DNA from: a bacterium
Lineage (GTDB): Bacteria; UBA8248
Direction of reading: 5' to 3'
Length of the DNA stretch: 64,000 nt
Assembly: GCA_965213685.1 (NCBI GenBank)
Contig: CBDBZY010000036.1
Location: 111,433 to 175,432 of the forward strand
The position numbers were made by a program, and so were the translations under genes. A model generated the notes under the pieces. It saw only the letters and a list, made by a program, of their open reading frames with translations, made no database searches and was not told the origin of the DNA. Of this stretch, positions 45,996 through 56,436 are shown in pieces. The first letter of the stretch is position 1, and every line of letters begins with the position of its first letter.

Positions 45996-46904
45996 TCAGC
46001 GGAAGCTGGTGATCAGGAACCCGCCCAACACGACCAGGCTGGCCGCGCCGAACAGCCGCGCATTGATGCGCTCGATGTCCCCCAGGAAGATGAAACTCAG
46101 CGCGACCACCCATATCGGAGCGGTCCGGCTCAGGGGCAGGACGACGGTAACGCTGGAGAACGTGAGGGCGTACCAGAGAAGCGCCGTGGCGGTGGCGGAG
46201 AAAACGGCGCCGAGCAGCAGCCAGAAAAAGCCGCGCCTGTCCGCCCATATCCGGCCGCCTTCGCCCAAAAACGGACGCACTCCCAGGAGGAAGAAACAAG
46301 CCGCCATATATGCGCAGCCCACCCCCAGGATGGGCGTGTTCTGCCGGGCAAAGCCTATTTTCGCCACCACGGGCATCGCGGCGTACATGAACGAGGCCGT
46401 GATGGGAAACACCAGGTTGCGCCGGAACGCGCGCCCCGCGTCGCCCCGGGCGCCGTCCTTGCTCTCCCCCATCGAGAGCAGCACCACGCCGCCGACAATC
46501 GACAAGGTGCCGAGAAGAACCGCGGCGCCCGGCCTCTCCCCCAGAACCAAGGCGGCGAAAAAGACCGCCCATATGGGGGCCGACGCCTGTACGGGGCTCG
46601 TCCTGCTCACGCCGATGCGCTGAATCGACGTGTAGGAGGCGAGATGGCCCATCCCCTGGCCGAGACAGCCCGCCAGCATGAACCAGAGCACCGGCCGCAG
46701 CTTCGAGGTTTGCAGCGTTCCCAGCCAGGAGGCGAGCCCGAGGAGCAAAGCGGCCGCCACGGCGTTCGTGACCAACACCCCGCTGAGCGGAGACGCGCTC
46801 CGCAGCCCCCGCCGAAAGGAGATGAGGGCCGCCGAATAGATGAACGACGAGGTCAGGGCGATGAATTCGCCCGAAGCGAAGAATGATGATGGCTGCCCGT
46901 TCAT
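45996..46904 (-). CDS. DMT/EamA family transporter
   Basis: About 10 TMs, IQRIGVSRTSP, LGERPG and VLPLSR. Confidence 0.88.
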   Translation of the reverse strand: MNGQPSSFFASGEFIALTSSFIYSAALISFRRGLRSASPLSGVLVTNAVAAALLLGLASWLGTLQTSKLRPVLWFMLAGCLGQGMGHLASYTSIQRIGVSRTSPVQASAPIWAVFFAALVLGERPGAAVLLGTLSIVGGVVLLSMGESKDGARGDAGRAFRRNLVFPITASFMYAAMPVVAKIGFARQNTPILGVGCAYMAACFFLLGVRPFLGEGGRIWADRRGFFWLLLGAVFSATATALLWYALTFSSVTVVLPLSRTAPIWVVALSFIFLGDIERINARLFGAASLVVLGGFLITSFR

Positions 46905-46955
46905 GCGGGGACTATACACGCCCAGAAGGCGCCGCGCGAGAAGGGGCGGGGCCGC

Positions 46956-47855
46956 TTATTTGAAGGCGGTGATCAGCACCCCGCCCGCCACCACCATCAG
47001 CGCCGCCATGAGGATGCGGAAGGTGATGCGCTCCAGCCCTCCCAGGAACAGGTAGGTCCACAAAACCACCCACAGCGGCACCAGCCTGCTCAAGGGCAGC
47101 ACCGTGGAGACGGGCGCGACGCTCATGGCCGTCCAGAACATGATGGCCGCTGCCGTCGTGGTCAGCGCGGCGCCCAGGAACCACCGAATCGCCCTGCCGT
47201 CCGCCCGGAGCGCGCCCCCGCCCGGCAGCAGGGGGCGCGTGATGAGCAGCAGCAGGGTTCCGGCCGAGAAAGCGCAGGCGAACCCCATGATCGGGGTTCT
47301 CTGATAGGAAAAAGCGTAGTTGGCCAGGACGGGCAATATGCCGTAGGACAAAGCCGACGCGAGCGGGTAGATGAGCGCTCCCCGGAAAAAACTCCTGAAC
47401 CTTTCCCTCTCCTTCCCCTCCGGTATGGACAAGAGACAAACGCCGGCCACGATGAGGAGCGTCCCCATTCCCACGGCGACCCCGGGCCGCTCCCCCAGGA
47501 AGATCATGGCGAAAGTGACGGAGATGATGGGGGTGGACGATTGTATCGGGACGGATCGGCTCACCCCCATCTTCACGATGCCGATGGCGTTCATGATTTG
47601 TCCGACGCCCTGGCCGAGACACCCGCCGAGCGCAAACAGCAGGACGGGGATGAGCGTGGATTTCTGGAGCGTCCCGAGCGAGGCCGCGATGATGAGCCCC
47701 GCCACGGAGACGACCGAGCTGAGAATCAAAACCCCGGCTATGGGAGTGGCGCTCCGCACCCCCTGGCGGATCGCGATGAGGGATACCGAATAGGAGAGCG
47801 AGGCGCCAATCGCCAACATCTCCCCCAGGCCGGCATGTGAGAAAAGGCCGGACAT
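46956..47855 (-). CDS. DMT/EamA family transporter
   Basis: About 10 TMs, KMGVSRSVP, LGERPG and VLPLSR. Confidence 0.88.
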   Translation of the reverse strand: MSGLFSHAGLGEMLAIGASLSYSVSLIAIRQGVRSATPIAGVLILSSVVSVAGLIIAASLGTLQKSTLIPVLLFALGGCLGQGVGQIMNAIGIVKMGVSRSVPIQSSTPIISVTFAMIFLGERPGVAVGMGTLLIVAGVCLLSIPEGKERERFRSFFRGALIYPLASALSYGILPVLANYAFSYQRTPIMGFACAFSAGTLLLLITRPLLPGGGALRADGRAIRWFLGAALTTTAAAIMFWTAMSVAPVSTVLPLSRLVPLWVVLWTYLFLGGLERITFRILMAALMVVAGGVLITAFK

Positions 47856-47903
47856 CGGAAATTCACGCTCCTCAGGAAACGCCCGCCGCCGCAACGGCGG
47901 GGG

Positions 47904-48800
47904 CTAGCGAAACAAGGCGATCATCGCCCCGCCCGCCACGACGAGGCACGCGGCAAGCGCTGTTCTGGTGCCCACGCGCTCCATGTTTCCCAAAAACAGA
48001 AAACTGAACGAAACCACCCACAGGGGAGTCATCCGGCTCAGCGGCAAGACACTCGAAACCATGCCCGTCGCAAAAGCCGTCCACATGAGGAACGCGGCGG
48101 CGACGTTGAACGCCGCCCCCATGAGCAGGCATTTGAGCGTTGCGGCGTCCGCCCTGAGCGCCCCGCCGCCGGGCACCAGGCGTCTCGCCGCCAGCATGAG
48201 CAAAAGGCCTGTGCCGAACGCGACGCCAAAACCCAGATACGGCGCCTTCTGCTGGGCGAGACCCAGCTTGGCGAATACCGGCACCAGCGCAAAACAGACG
48301 GATGAGGAGAGGGGCAAGAGGTAATCTCTTGGAATCCGATTTTTCCGCCCCCTCCCCTTCCCCTTCGGCCAGGAAAGCAGAAAGACGCCCCCGACAATTC
48401 CCAAGGTGCCCAGGACGACATGCCCGCCCGGCGTTTCGCCCAGAAAGGCGACCGCGAAAACAACGCCCCAAAGAGGGGTCGCCGAATGGATGGCCGTGGC
48501 CTGGCTCACGCCGAGGCGCTGGATGGCCGAGAAAAAAATCAGGCTCCCGGTGCCGTGGCCCACAACGCCCGTCAGGACGAACCAGCCAAGCGCCCCCGGT
48601 TCGGCGGAAGCCAGGGTTCCCACAAAAAAGGCGGTCGTCAGCCCGGAGAGGCTCACCACCGAATTGAGGACGACGATGCTCGCCAAGGGACTTGCGGTCG
48701 CCATTCCCCGACGCACCAGTATGAGCGTGATGGAGTAGGAGAACGAGGTCGCCAAAGCCAGAAACTCGGGACTTCCCGATGATGACACCCACTCGGCCAT
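47904..48800 (-). CDS. DMT/EamA family transporter
   Basis: About 10 TMs, QRLGVSQA, LGETPG and VLPLSR. Confidence 0.88.
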   Translation of the reverse strand: MAEWVSSSGSPEFLALATSFSYSITLILVRRGMATASPLASIVVLNSVVSLSGLTTAFFVGTLASAEPGALGWFVLTGVVGHGTGSLIFFSAIQRLGVSQATAIHSATPLWGVVFAVAFLGETPGGHVVLGTLGIVGGVFLLSWPKGKGRGRKNRIPRDYLLPLSSSVCFALVPVFAKLGLAQQKAPYLGFGVAFGTGLLLMLAARRLVPGGGALRADAATLKCLLMGAAFNVAAAFLMWTAFATGMVSSVLPLSRMTPLWVVSFSFLFLGNMERVGTRTALAACLVVAGGAMIALFR

Positions 48801-48928
48801 GCGGCGGAATATATACCCCGGGCGCCGATAAAGCGAGGGCGCAAGGGCATTTGGCAGCGTCCCCGGCGAGAGGATAGAATGCGCGGATCGACGATGCGAA
48901 CCTGGATTCCACGAACGGGAGGCGCAAA

Positions 48929-49240
48929 ATGGCGGACGAGAGAGTATTCCTGATCGCGTGGCTGAAGCCGAAGCCGGGAAGAGAGGACGAACTTGCGCAA
49001 CTCCTCGAGGGAATGTGCGCACCCTCCCGCGCGGAGGAGGGGTGTGTTTTTTACAACCTCTTTCAGTCCGCCGACGAGGAGGGCGTCTTTCACTTCATCG
49101 AATGCTGGAAAACGCAGGCGGCACTGGACGCGCACCGCGAGGAGGAGCACTACAAGGAGTTTCGCGCCAGGCTCCCCGAACTGATCGCGGAGCCGGTGGG
49201 CGTGAAATTCCTGAACGCCATCGACTCGACGGTCGGGTGA
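48929..49240 (+). CDS. ABM-domain putative quinol monooxygenase
   Basis: KPGREDEL, SRAEEGCVFY and FIECW...ALDAH..EHY. GGAGG RBS. Confidence 0.88.
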   Translation: MADERVFLIAWLKPKPGREDELAQLLEGMCAPSRAEEGCVFYNLFQSADEEGVFHFIECWKTQAALDAHREEEHYKEFRARLPELIAEPVGVKFLNAIDSTVG

Positions 49241-49262
49241 TTCCCCGCTTCGGGGCGCGCAC

Positions 49263-50057
49263 CTACCAGAGCGACTTCAGCCTGCCGCCATCGAGGTTCA
49301 GCGACACGCCGGTGATATAGCTCGCCCTGCCCGAACACAGAAAGACGATGGCGTCGGCCAATTCTTCCGGCTTGCCGAAACGTCCCAGGGCGTTCTTGCG
49401 CGCCGCGCGGCGACGCGCCTCCTCCTCGGAGCCGGCCTCGAGCTCGGCGGCCAGGCCTCGCGCGTTCATTCTCCACAGCGCGGTATCCACCCAGCCGGGG
49501 CAGACCGCGTTGACGTGAATCCCCGCCTCTCCGAGTTCCGTGGACAGCGATTTCGTCAGGTTCAAAAGCGCGCTGTTCGTCATTCCGCTGCCAAACATAT
49601 AGGGGTCGGGCTCCTTGCCCGCTCCGCCGATGACGTTCACGATGCGCCCCCATCCCCCCGCGCGCATTCCCGGCTCCACCAGGCGGATGAGACGCAGGAA
49701 ACCAAACAGCTTGGTGTCCAGCTGGGTCTGCAGGGCGGCATCGTCCAGTGCGCGGAATCTGCCGGAGCGCATGGTTCCGGCGTTGTTCACCAGAATGTCG
49801 ACCGTCCCCAGCTTCTCCTGCGCGCTTCTCGCCAATCGCGCCAAATCAGCCTCGTTCGACGTATCCGCTACGGCGTAATGGATATCGCCTCCCGTTTCGC
49901 CGGCGAGCGTAGCGCAAGTTTCGATCAGCGCCTCCTCCCCGCGCGCGCAGACAAAAACCCTCGCCCCCTCTTCCAGAAAGCGCCGGGCCGTCTCCCGGCC
50001 AATGCCCCGGCTGCCGCCCGTCACCAAGGCAGCTTTGCCTCGTATCCCCAATTCCAT
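49263..50057 (-). CDS. SDR family oxidoreductase
   Basis: MELGIRGKAALVTGGSRGIG, NNAG, NAVCPG and LDGG. The catalytic YxxxK is replaced by SGMTN. Confidence 0.88.
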   Translation of the reverse strand: MELGIRGKAALVTGGSRGIGRETARRFLEEGARVFVCARGEEALIETCATLAGETGGDIHYAVADTSNEADLARLARSAQEKLGTVDILVNNAGTMRSGRFRALDDAALQTQLDTKLFGFLRLIRLVEPGMRAGGWGRIVNVIGGAGKEPDPYMFGSGMTNSALLNLTKSLSTELGEAGIHVNAVCPGWVDTALWRMNARGLAAELEAGSEEEARRRAARKNALGRFGKPEELADAIVFLCSGRASYITGVSLNLDGGRLKSLW

Positions 50058-50175
50058 GGATGCCTCCGACGCCCTTTGCGGAGCGCGTCCCCCGCCCCTC
50101 GAGATTCCCGGCAGGCTCGCCCGCCGCGCCTCCCCCCCTCGGGGAAGGCGTCCAGACGCGCGTCCAGATATTTTA

Positions 50176-50817
50176 TTACCGATATTTTCCGCGACCAGCC
50201 GCCGGGGAGTCAGGATTTTTCCACGAACCGCCCGCCGCCCCCGCGACCTCGCCCCATTCCTGCCACTTGACGATGTCGTCGGGCGGCTCCACCGGGTTGT
50301 GCAAACCATCCTGCAAGCGGTTCCATGCGTTGAACAGACAGGTGAACAGGGTGAGCTCCACAATGTCCTTCTCGCTGAAAAATTCCTTGAGAGGCGCGAA
50401 CGAGGCGTCGTCGGAGGGCGCGGTGTTCCTCGTGAGCGCGGTCGCCCAGCGAATCACCGCCTTCTCCTTCTCGTCGAACAAGTCGCTGGTCTCCCACCCG
50501 TCCACTATCAAGGCGATGTGCGCATCCCCCAGGCCCGCAGCTTGACCAAGCTGTACGTTGTGGTTCGTTCATATCTCGCAATCGTTGATGAGGGAGGGGG
50601 TGAGAATCGCCAACTGCATCAACCGCATTCTGGACGGCTCGCCGCGCCACTGGCTTCTCAGGGCGACCGTCAGGTTGATGATGTGCCGCAGCGCTTCGGG
50701 CGAATGCGCCAAAGCCCTGTAAAAACTGGGCACCGTCCCCCACGTTCCTCTCGATCTTTCAAACAGCGGCTCATGGTCCCCCCTGGCGTCATCGGATATG
50801 GGCGTGATTCTGGACAT
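50176..50817 (-). CDS. AhpD/carboxymuconolactone-decarboxylase family protein, probable selenoprotein (CxxU; TGA at 50569-50571)
   Basis: ORFs 50569-50880 and 50176-50511 are in the same frame and join as SLINDCEI-TGA-TNHNVQLGQAAGL...FDEKEKAVIRWATALT...IVELT...FNAWNRL. GGAGG RBS before the ATG at 50817. Confidence 0.88.
50538..50553 (-). promoter_or_regulatory. Bacterial SECIS-like hairpin after the AhpD UGA
   Basis: The minus strand reads CAGCTT-GGTC-AAGCTG. The stem begins 15 nt after the UGA and the loop contains GGU. Confidence 0.7.
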
Positions 50818-51015
50818 TCCCGCCTCCCCCTTTCTTGTGGGATTCGCAACAAAGCGCCACCCGGCGATTGACTCCAACATTTCCAGTCCAGCAAATTTCT
50901 AGCAAACTTTACCGGCCGCCGCCATCACGTCCCCGGGATCAGGTTTCGGCTTTGCGATGCGACTCCCGCCTTGGTATAAGTCGCGGTGCCGCGCCGACGA
51001 CGAGGGGAAGCGCCG

Positions 51016-51726
51016 ATGGAGCACGAAAAAATTCTCATTATCGCCGCCCATCCGGACGACATCGAGTTCCGCGCCGCCGGCTCCGTCGCCAAGTGGGTGC
51101 GCGAGGGCCGGCGCGTGGAGTATTGCCTTGCCACGAGCGGCGACAAGGGGGTGAACGGCGTCCCGTCGCGCAGCATGACAATCGATGAGAAAAGAGCGAT
51201 TCGAGAAGCCGAGCAAAAGGCTGCGGCCGCGGTCGTCGGCGTGCAGGTCGTCCATTTTCTCCGCCACGAGGACGGGGAACTCCTGAACAACGCCGCCCTC
51301 AGACGGGAGCTCGTGCGGGTGATGCGCGGGAGCAAGCCCGGACTCGTCATCGCCGAAGACCCCGCGAAAGACGCCTTTGACAGCTTCTACGGCTACCACG
51401 GCGACCATCGCGCCATTGCGAAAGCGACCTTCGACGCGCTGTATCCCGCCGTGGGGAATGAAAACTACTTCCCGGAACTGCTGGCGGAGGGCAAGGAGCC
51501 CCACAAGCCCGGAGAAGTGTATTTCGCAACCATTCCCGACGCCAACGTATGGGTCGACATCCGGGACACGTTTGACCTGAAGGTGAAAGCCCTGGGATGC
51601 CACAAGAGCCAGATCGCCGATTTTGCGGATGTGGTTCCCTTGTTGCGCGAATGGGCGAGGCGCTCGGGCGAGGGGGGACGCCTGGAGTGCGCCGAGAGCT
51701 ATCGGCGCATGGAGGTGCCGCAATAG
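51016..51726 (+). CDS. PIG-L/LmbE family deacetylase
   Basis: AAHPDDIE, TSGDKG, REAEQ, HGDHR and CHKSQ motifs. Confidence 0.9.
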   Translation: MEHEKILIIAAHPDDIEFRAAGSVAKWVREGRRVEYCLATSGDKGVNGVPSRSMTIDEKRAIREAEQKAAAAVVGVQVVHFLRHEDGELLNNAALRRELVRVMRGSKPGLVIAEDPAKDAFDSFYGYHGDHRAIAKATFDALYPAVGNENYFPELLAEGKEPHKPGEVYFATIPDANVWVDIRDTFDLKVKALGCHKSQIADFADVVPLLREWARRSGEGGRLECAESYRRMEVPQ

Positions 51727-51814
51727 CCCCCCGGATGCGCTTTTCATCCCACCCCCTGGTGTCCTATACTGCGGGGCTTCACCCACCCTTCGTTCGCACG
51801 CTTGAGGAAAGCAC

Positions 51815-53679
51815 ATGCTCGGATACCAGGGAAAGATTCTGCACGTCGACTTGAGTAATCGGACATCCCGCGTCGAGGAGTTCGACGAATCGATGGGCCG
51901 CCTGTTTTTGGGAGGAAACGGCTTCGGAGCCAAAATCCTTTGGGACCGCCTGAAGCCGGGCGTCGACCCGCTCTCCGAGGAGAACGTCATCGTCTTTGCC
52001 GTGGGGGCCCTATACGGATTCCGCCGTGCCCAGCGCGAGTCGGGCGTGCGCCGCCGCCATCAGCCCGCTGACGGGGCTGTTTTTCGACAGCACTTTCGGG
52101 GGGGGCCTGGCCCATCACCCTCAAGCGCACCGGGCATGACGCCGTCGTCCTCCATGGAAAAGCCGACTCCCTCACCTACCTCCTGCTCACCGAGGAGGGC
52201 GTCGAATTCAGGGACGCCGGCGACTTGCGGGGAAAATGGATTCGCGAGACGTGCGATTCCATTTCGGAGCGCGAAGGCGGCGTCGACGTCCTGGCCATCG
52301 GTCCGGCGGGAGAAAACCGGGTCCGCTTCGCTGCCATGGCCCATACGTGGCGCAAGAGCCGGGACGGCATCAGCGGCCGCGGCGGCATGGCGGCCGTCCT
52401 CGGCAGCAAGAACGTCAAGGCCATCGCCCTGCGCGGCAAGGCGAAAACCGCGTTCGCCGACGCCAGGGGGCTCCGGGCATACGTGAACGACACCGCCGAG
52501 GACGTCCGCACGGGCACGGCGGCCCTGCACAAGTACGGCACCCCGATTCTCGTCAACATGATCAACAAGATGGGAGCGCTCGGCACCCGGAACCTCATGT
52601 CCGAGATATTCGAGAATTGCGAGCCCATCAGCGGCGAATACATGCACGAGAACTTTTTGGACAAGCACACCACCTGCCTCAAATGCCCTGTGGCGTGCGG
52701 CAAGAACTTCATGATGAAGGGCGGGGAATTCGACGGACTGACGTGGAAACTTCCCGAGTATGAGACCATCTTCTCCCTCGGAACCATGCTGGGCATCGGG
52801 GATCCGGGCGTCATGCTCCAGGCCAACATGCTCTGCGATGAGTTGGGGCTCGATACGATATCCGCCGGCATCACGCTTTCGCTGGCTTTCGAATGCTTTG
52901 AAAAAGGGCTGTTGCGCGAGTCGGAAGTCGGCGCCCCGCTGAAATGGGGGGATTCCTCCACCATGCTGCGGCTCCTGGAGGACATGGCCAGCCGCCAGGG
53001 CTTCGGGGACAGGCTCGCCGAGGGGGGCCAGCGCCTCGCCGAGGAGATTGGCGACGACGCCCCCCACCTCTTGTACGCCTCCCGGGGCCTGGAGCTTCCC
53101 GCGCACAGCGCGCGCGCACTCAAGGGCATGTCCATCGGATACGCCACGGGCACCAGAGGGGGCAGCCACCACGACACCCGCCCCACGCTGCAATACGCCT
53201 CCGACCACGACAACACGGTGACGGACGGCAAGGCCGCGTTCGCCGTGCGCACGCAAAACTTCACCGCACTCGGCGACTCCATCACCCAGTGCCGCTTCAC
53301 GGCCGAGCGCGGCTATGGCGCGATGATCAACGAAAAATACGCGCACATGCTCAACCTGGTCACCGGATGGGATACGACGGAGGCCGAACTGGAGGAAACC
53401 GGCGAACGCATCTGCAACCTGGAGCGCGCCCTCCACGTGAGAGAGGGAGTTACCCGCGCACACGACACGCTTCCCCACAAGGTGATGCACGAGCCGATTC
53501 CCGACGGCCCGCACAAGGGGATGCGCTGCCCGCCGGAGGAGCTGGAAGCCATGAAGGACGAGTTTTACGGAATCCGCGGCTGGGATGAGAACGGGGTTCC
53601 CACGGCGGACACCCTGCGAAGGCTCCAGCTGGACGGTGCGGCGGAAGCCCTGGCCGCCAGGACGAACGGCGCAGGCTGA
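51815..53679 (+). CDS. aor: Tungsten-type aldehyde:ferredoxin oxidoreductase family protein; two +1 frameshifts (G5 at 52003-52007, G8 at 52098-52105)
   Basis: GKILHVDLS, FLGGNG, SPLTG, IGPAGEN, GRGGMAAVLGSKN, CLKCPVAC, PEYET, DELGLDTIS, DSITQC and RGWDENG. Length is 3n+2. Confidence 0.88.
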
Positions 53680-53842
53680 AGGCGCACACCTCCCAGGAAA
53701 CCGACCGTCGAGGGCGGGCGGCCCCCCTCATCCAACGGACGGCCCAACGCAGAGCCAAGAAGCCCGCCGAGAGCAGCTCCCGGCACCGGCCCCGAGGATA
53801 GCCCGGGTGAGCCCGCGCAGGATGCGCGCACCGGCAGGCGTT

Positions 53843-55000
53843 CTACCCGGCGGGGTATTTTTCCACCAGGCGCCTGGCGATCACCGTGCGCTGAATATCG
53901 TTCGTCCCCTCTCCGACTTGCAGGAGAATGGCGTCGCGATAATACCTCTCCACCGGCAACTCCTTGATGTAGCCGTATCCGCCGTGAATGTGCACGGCCG
54001 CCTCGGACGCCCTCTGGCAAGCATCCGTGGCGAACAGCTTCGCCATGCCGGCCTCCAGGTCGCATCGCATCCCCCGGTCTTTCATGGACGCCGCCCGATA
54101 GGTGAGCTGCCGGGCCGCCTCCAGGGAGGTCGCCATGTCGGCGAGCTTGATCTGGATCGCCTGGTGCCTGGCGATGGGTTTTCCCATCGTCTTTCTTTGC
54201 TGTGCGTATTTGATGGAATCCTCAAAGCAGGCGGCGTGGAGGCCCACCGCCCGGGCGGCCACCTGGATGCGCCCCAGCTCCAGGGCCGCCATCAGCTGGT
54301 GGAAGCCGCGATTCTCCTCTCCAATCAAATACGAGGCCGGAACCGCGCAATCCTCGAAAACCAGCTCTCCCGTCCGCACCCCCTTGTAGCCCATCTTGTC
54401 CAGGTGCCGGCTGGCGCTGAAACCGGACAGATTCCTGTCCATGAGGAGGCAGCTGATGCCCCGCGTGGGTTTTTCCGCGTTCGGGTTCGTGCGGGCCATG
54501 ACGGCGAAATGGGTCGCGTTCTCGCTGTTGGTGATGAACATCTTCGAGCCGTTGACGACGTAGTCCTGTCCTTCGCGGCGGGCGGAGGTTCTCAAAGCCG
54601 CGACGTCGGAGCCTCCGTCCGCCTCGGTGATGCCAATGCCGAACCGCATTTCCCCCTCCGCCACTCTCGGGAGCCACTCCTGGCGCTGCTCCTCGCTTCC
54701 GAATTCGTTGATCATCCACCCCACCATCGAGTGGGCGCCCAGAACGCCGGTCAGGCTCATCCAGCCGCGCGCCAGCTCCTCGGTGAGAACGGCGAAGCTC
54801 ATCGCGTCCATCCCGCTGCCGCCATACGCCTCCGGAACGAGCGCGCCGAAATACCCCAGCCCCTTCATCCGTTCGACCAGCGGATGGGGATACTCGTCTT
54901 TGTGCTCATATTCGCTGGCGACGGGGATGACCTCCCTGTTCACGAATTGCCGCACGCTGGCTTGCAGGGCGGTTTGAAACTCATTCAACTGGACATCCAC
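53843..55000 (-). CDS. Acyl-CoA dehydrogenase
   Basis: ITEADGGSD, NGSKMFITN, QIKLADM, AMAKLFA-like, IHGGYGY and GEGTNDIQ. Confidence 0.92.
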   Translation of the reverse strand: MDVQLNEFQTALQASVRQFVNREVIPVASEYEHKDEYPHPLVERMKGLGYFGALVPEAYGGSGMDAMSFAVLTEELARGWMSLTGVLGAHSMVGWMINEFGSEEQRQEWLPRVAEGEMRFGIGITEADGGSDVAALRTSARREGQDYVVNGSKMFITNSENATHFAVMARTNPNAEKPTRGISCLLMDRNLSGFSASRHLDKMGYKGVRTGELVFEDCAVPASYLIGEENRGFHQLMAALELGRIQVAARAVGLHAACFEDSIKYAQQRKTMGKPIARHQAIQIKLADMATSLEAARQLTYRAASMKDRGMRCDLEAGMAKLFATDACQRASEAAVHIHGGYGYIKELPVERYYRDAILLQVGEGTNDIQRTVIARRLVEKYPAG

Positions 55001-55042
55001 CGGCTCTCTCCTCGCGTCCCGCACCGCCGTCGGGATTCGCTT

Positions 55043-55384
55043 TCAACCAAACAGGGAAAGTCCGCTCGGGCCTTCGGGCATCAAGAGCCGTTCCACGGAC
55101 TCGCCTTTCTCCAGATGTCCTTCCACGATATCTTCGGCGTCCTCAGGCCTCACGCCCCCATACCAGACGTTGTCGGGCATCACGCAAACCACCGCCCCGT
55201 GCTCGCAAACATCCATGCAGCTCGTCGCGAGTATGCGCGCCCTTCCTTTCAAGTTTCTCTCCTCCAGAAGGGATTTCATCCGCTCCCGAACCTCCACGGC
55301 GCCGCACCCGGCGCAACTTCCCTTGGGATGCTCCGGTGCGCGCTCGTTCGTGCATACCAGAACGTACCGCTTTTTCTGAAACAT
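55043..55384 (-). CDS. Thioredoxin-like [2Fe-2S] ferredoxin
   Basis: VLVCTNER...GSC, SCMDVC, PDNVWYG.V and HLEKG motifs. Confidence 0.88.
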   Translation of the reverse strand: MFQKKRYVLVCTNERAPEHPKGSCAGCGAVEVRERMKSLLEERNLKGRARILATSCMDVCEHGAVVCVMPDNVWYGGVRPEDAEDIVEGHLEKGESVERLLMPEGPSGLSLFG

Positions 55385-55659
55385 TCCATCCACTCCAGGG
55401 CTGGCCGAAACGTCCCCACGGGAGGGAGGCCGCCCGCCGCATCCGCCCGGGGGTCGCGCGCGCGGGCTCCCGCGCTTCTCACCACTCATCTCACCGTCTG
55501 ATCGCGACACGGAGGCTAGCACCTGCCAGGCGTCTGTTCAATCCGCCTCTCCTCTGTGCCACTCGTTTGTATTCCTCCCGAAAAACAGCATAAGATAGCG
55601 TTTGGTGCCCAAGAGGTTTTCGCCCGAGAGGTTTTATCATCTGCGAGAAGGCCGCTCCC

Positions 55660-56436
55660 ATGTCTGACAGCCCGCCGGAAAACCCGCCCAAGCGCGTCCT
55701 GTTATTCGCCACCTGCCTGGTGGATCAATTCTTTCCCGAAGTCGGCGAAGCCACCGTGCATTTGCTCGAGAGTGCGGGGGTCGAACCCGTCTACCCGGAA
55801 GGGATCACCTGTTGCGGACTTCCCCACTACAACAACGGCTTCAAAACCGAGGCTAGAAAAATCCTGGAGTCCCAACTCCATCTGCTGGAGGGCAACATCC
55901 CCATCGTCGTCCCCTCGGGGTCTTGCGGCTGGATGCTCCAGTGCGTTTTGCCCACCTTGTTCCCGGACGACCCCTGGGCGCGGGAGAGAGCCGCGCAAAT
56001 CGCCGGGCGGGTGGTCGAGCTGTCCCAGTTTCTGTGCCGGATACAGGCGCGGGATTTCGGCGCCGCCCTTCCCGGGAAGACGGTGTATCACGACTCCTGC
56101 CACCTGCTCCGCGGGCTGGGAGAAAGCCGGGCGCCTCGCCAATGTCTCGACCGCGTGGCGGAAAGGCGCGAAGAGTTGCCCGGCTGCGAGCGCTGTTGCG
56201 GGTTCGGCGGGTCATTCTCCATAAAATTCCCCAAAGTCTCGTGCGCCATGCTGGAGGACAAAATTCAATCCGCCGAAAAAGTGGACGCCACCTGGCTCGT
56301 CGCCGCCGACGCCGGATGCATGCTTCAAATCGCGGGCGGATTGTCCAGGCGGAAGAGCAACGTCCAGCTGCTCCACCTCGCCCAGGCCCTCGTCGGACCA
56401 AGCGGTCCGGGATGGCCCGAGGAACGTCGGATTTGA
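55660..56436 (+). CDS. lutA: Lactate utilization protein A (CCG-domain Fe-S protein)
   Basis: FATCLVD, TCCGLP, SGSC, YHDSCH, CCGFGGSF and DAGCMLQI. Confidence 0.9.
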   Translation: MSDSPPENPPKRVLLFATCLVDQFFPEVGEATVHLLESAGVEPVYPEGITCCGLPHYNNGFKTEARKILESQLHLLEGNIPIVVPSGSCGWMLQCVLPTLFPDDPWARERAAQIAGRVVELSQFLCRIQARDFGAALPGKTVYHDSCHLLRGLGESRAPRQCLDRVAERREELPGCERCCGFGGSFSIKFPKVSCAMLEDKIQSAEKVDATWLVAADAGCMLQIAGGLSRRKSNVQLLHLAQALVGPSGPGWPEERRI

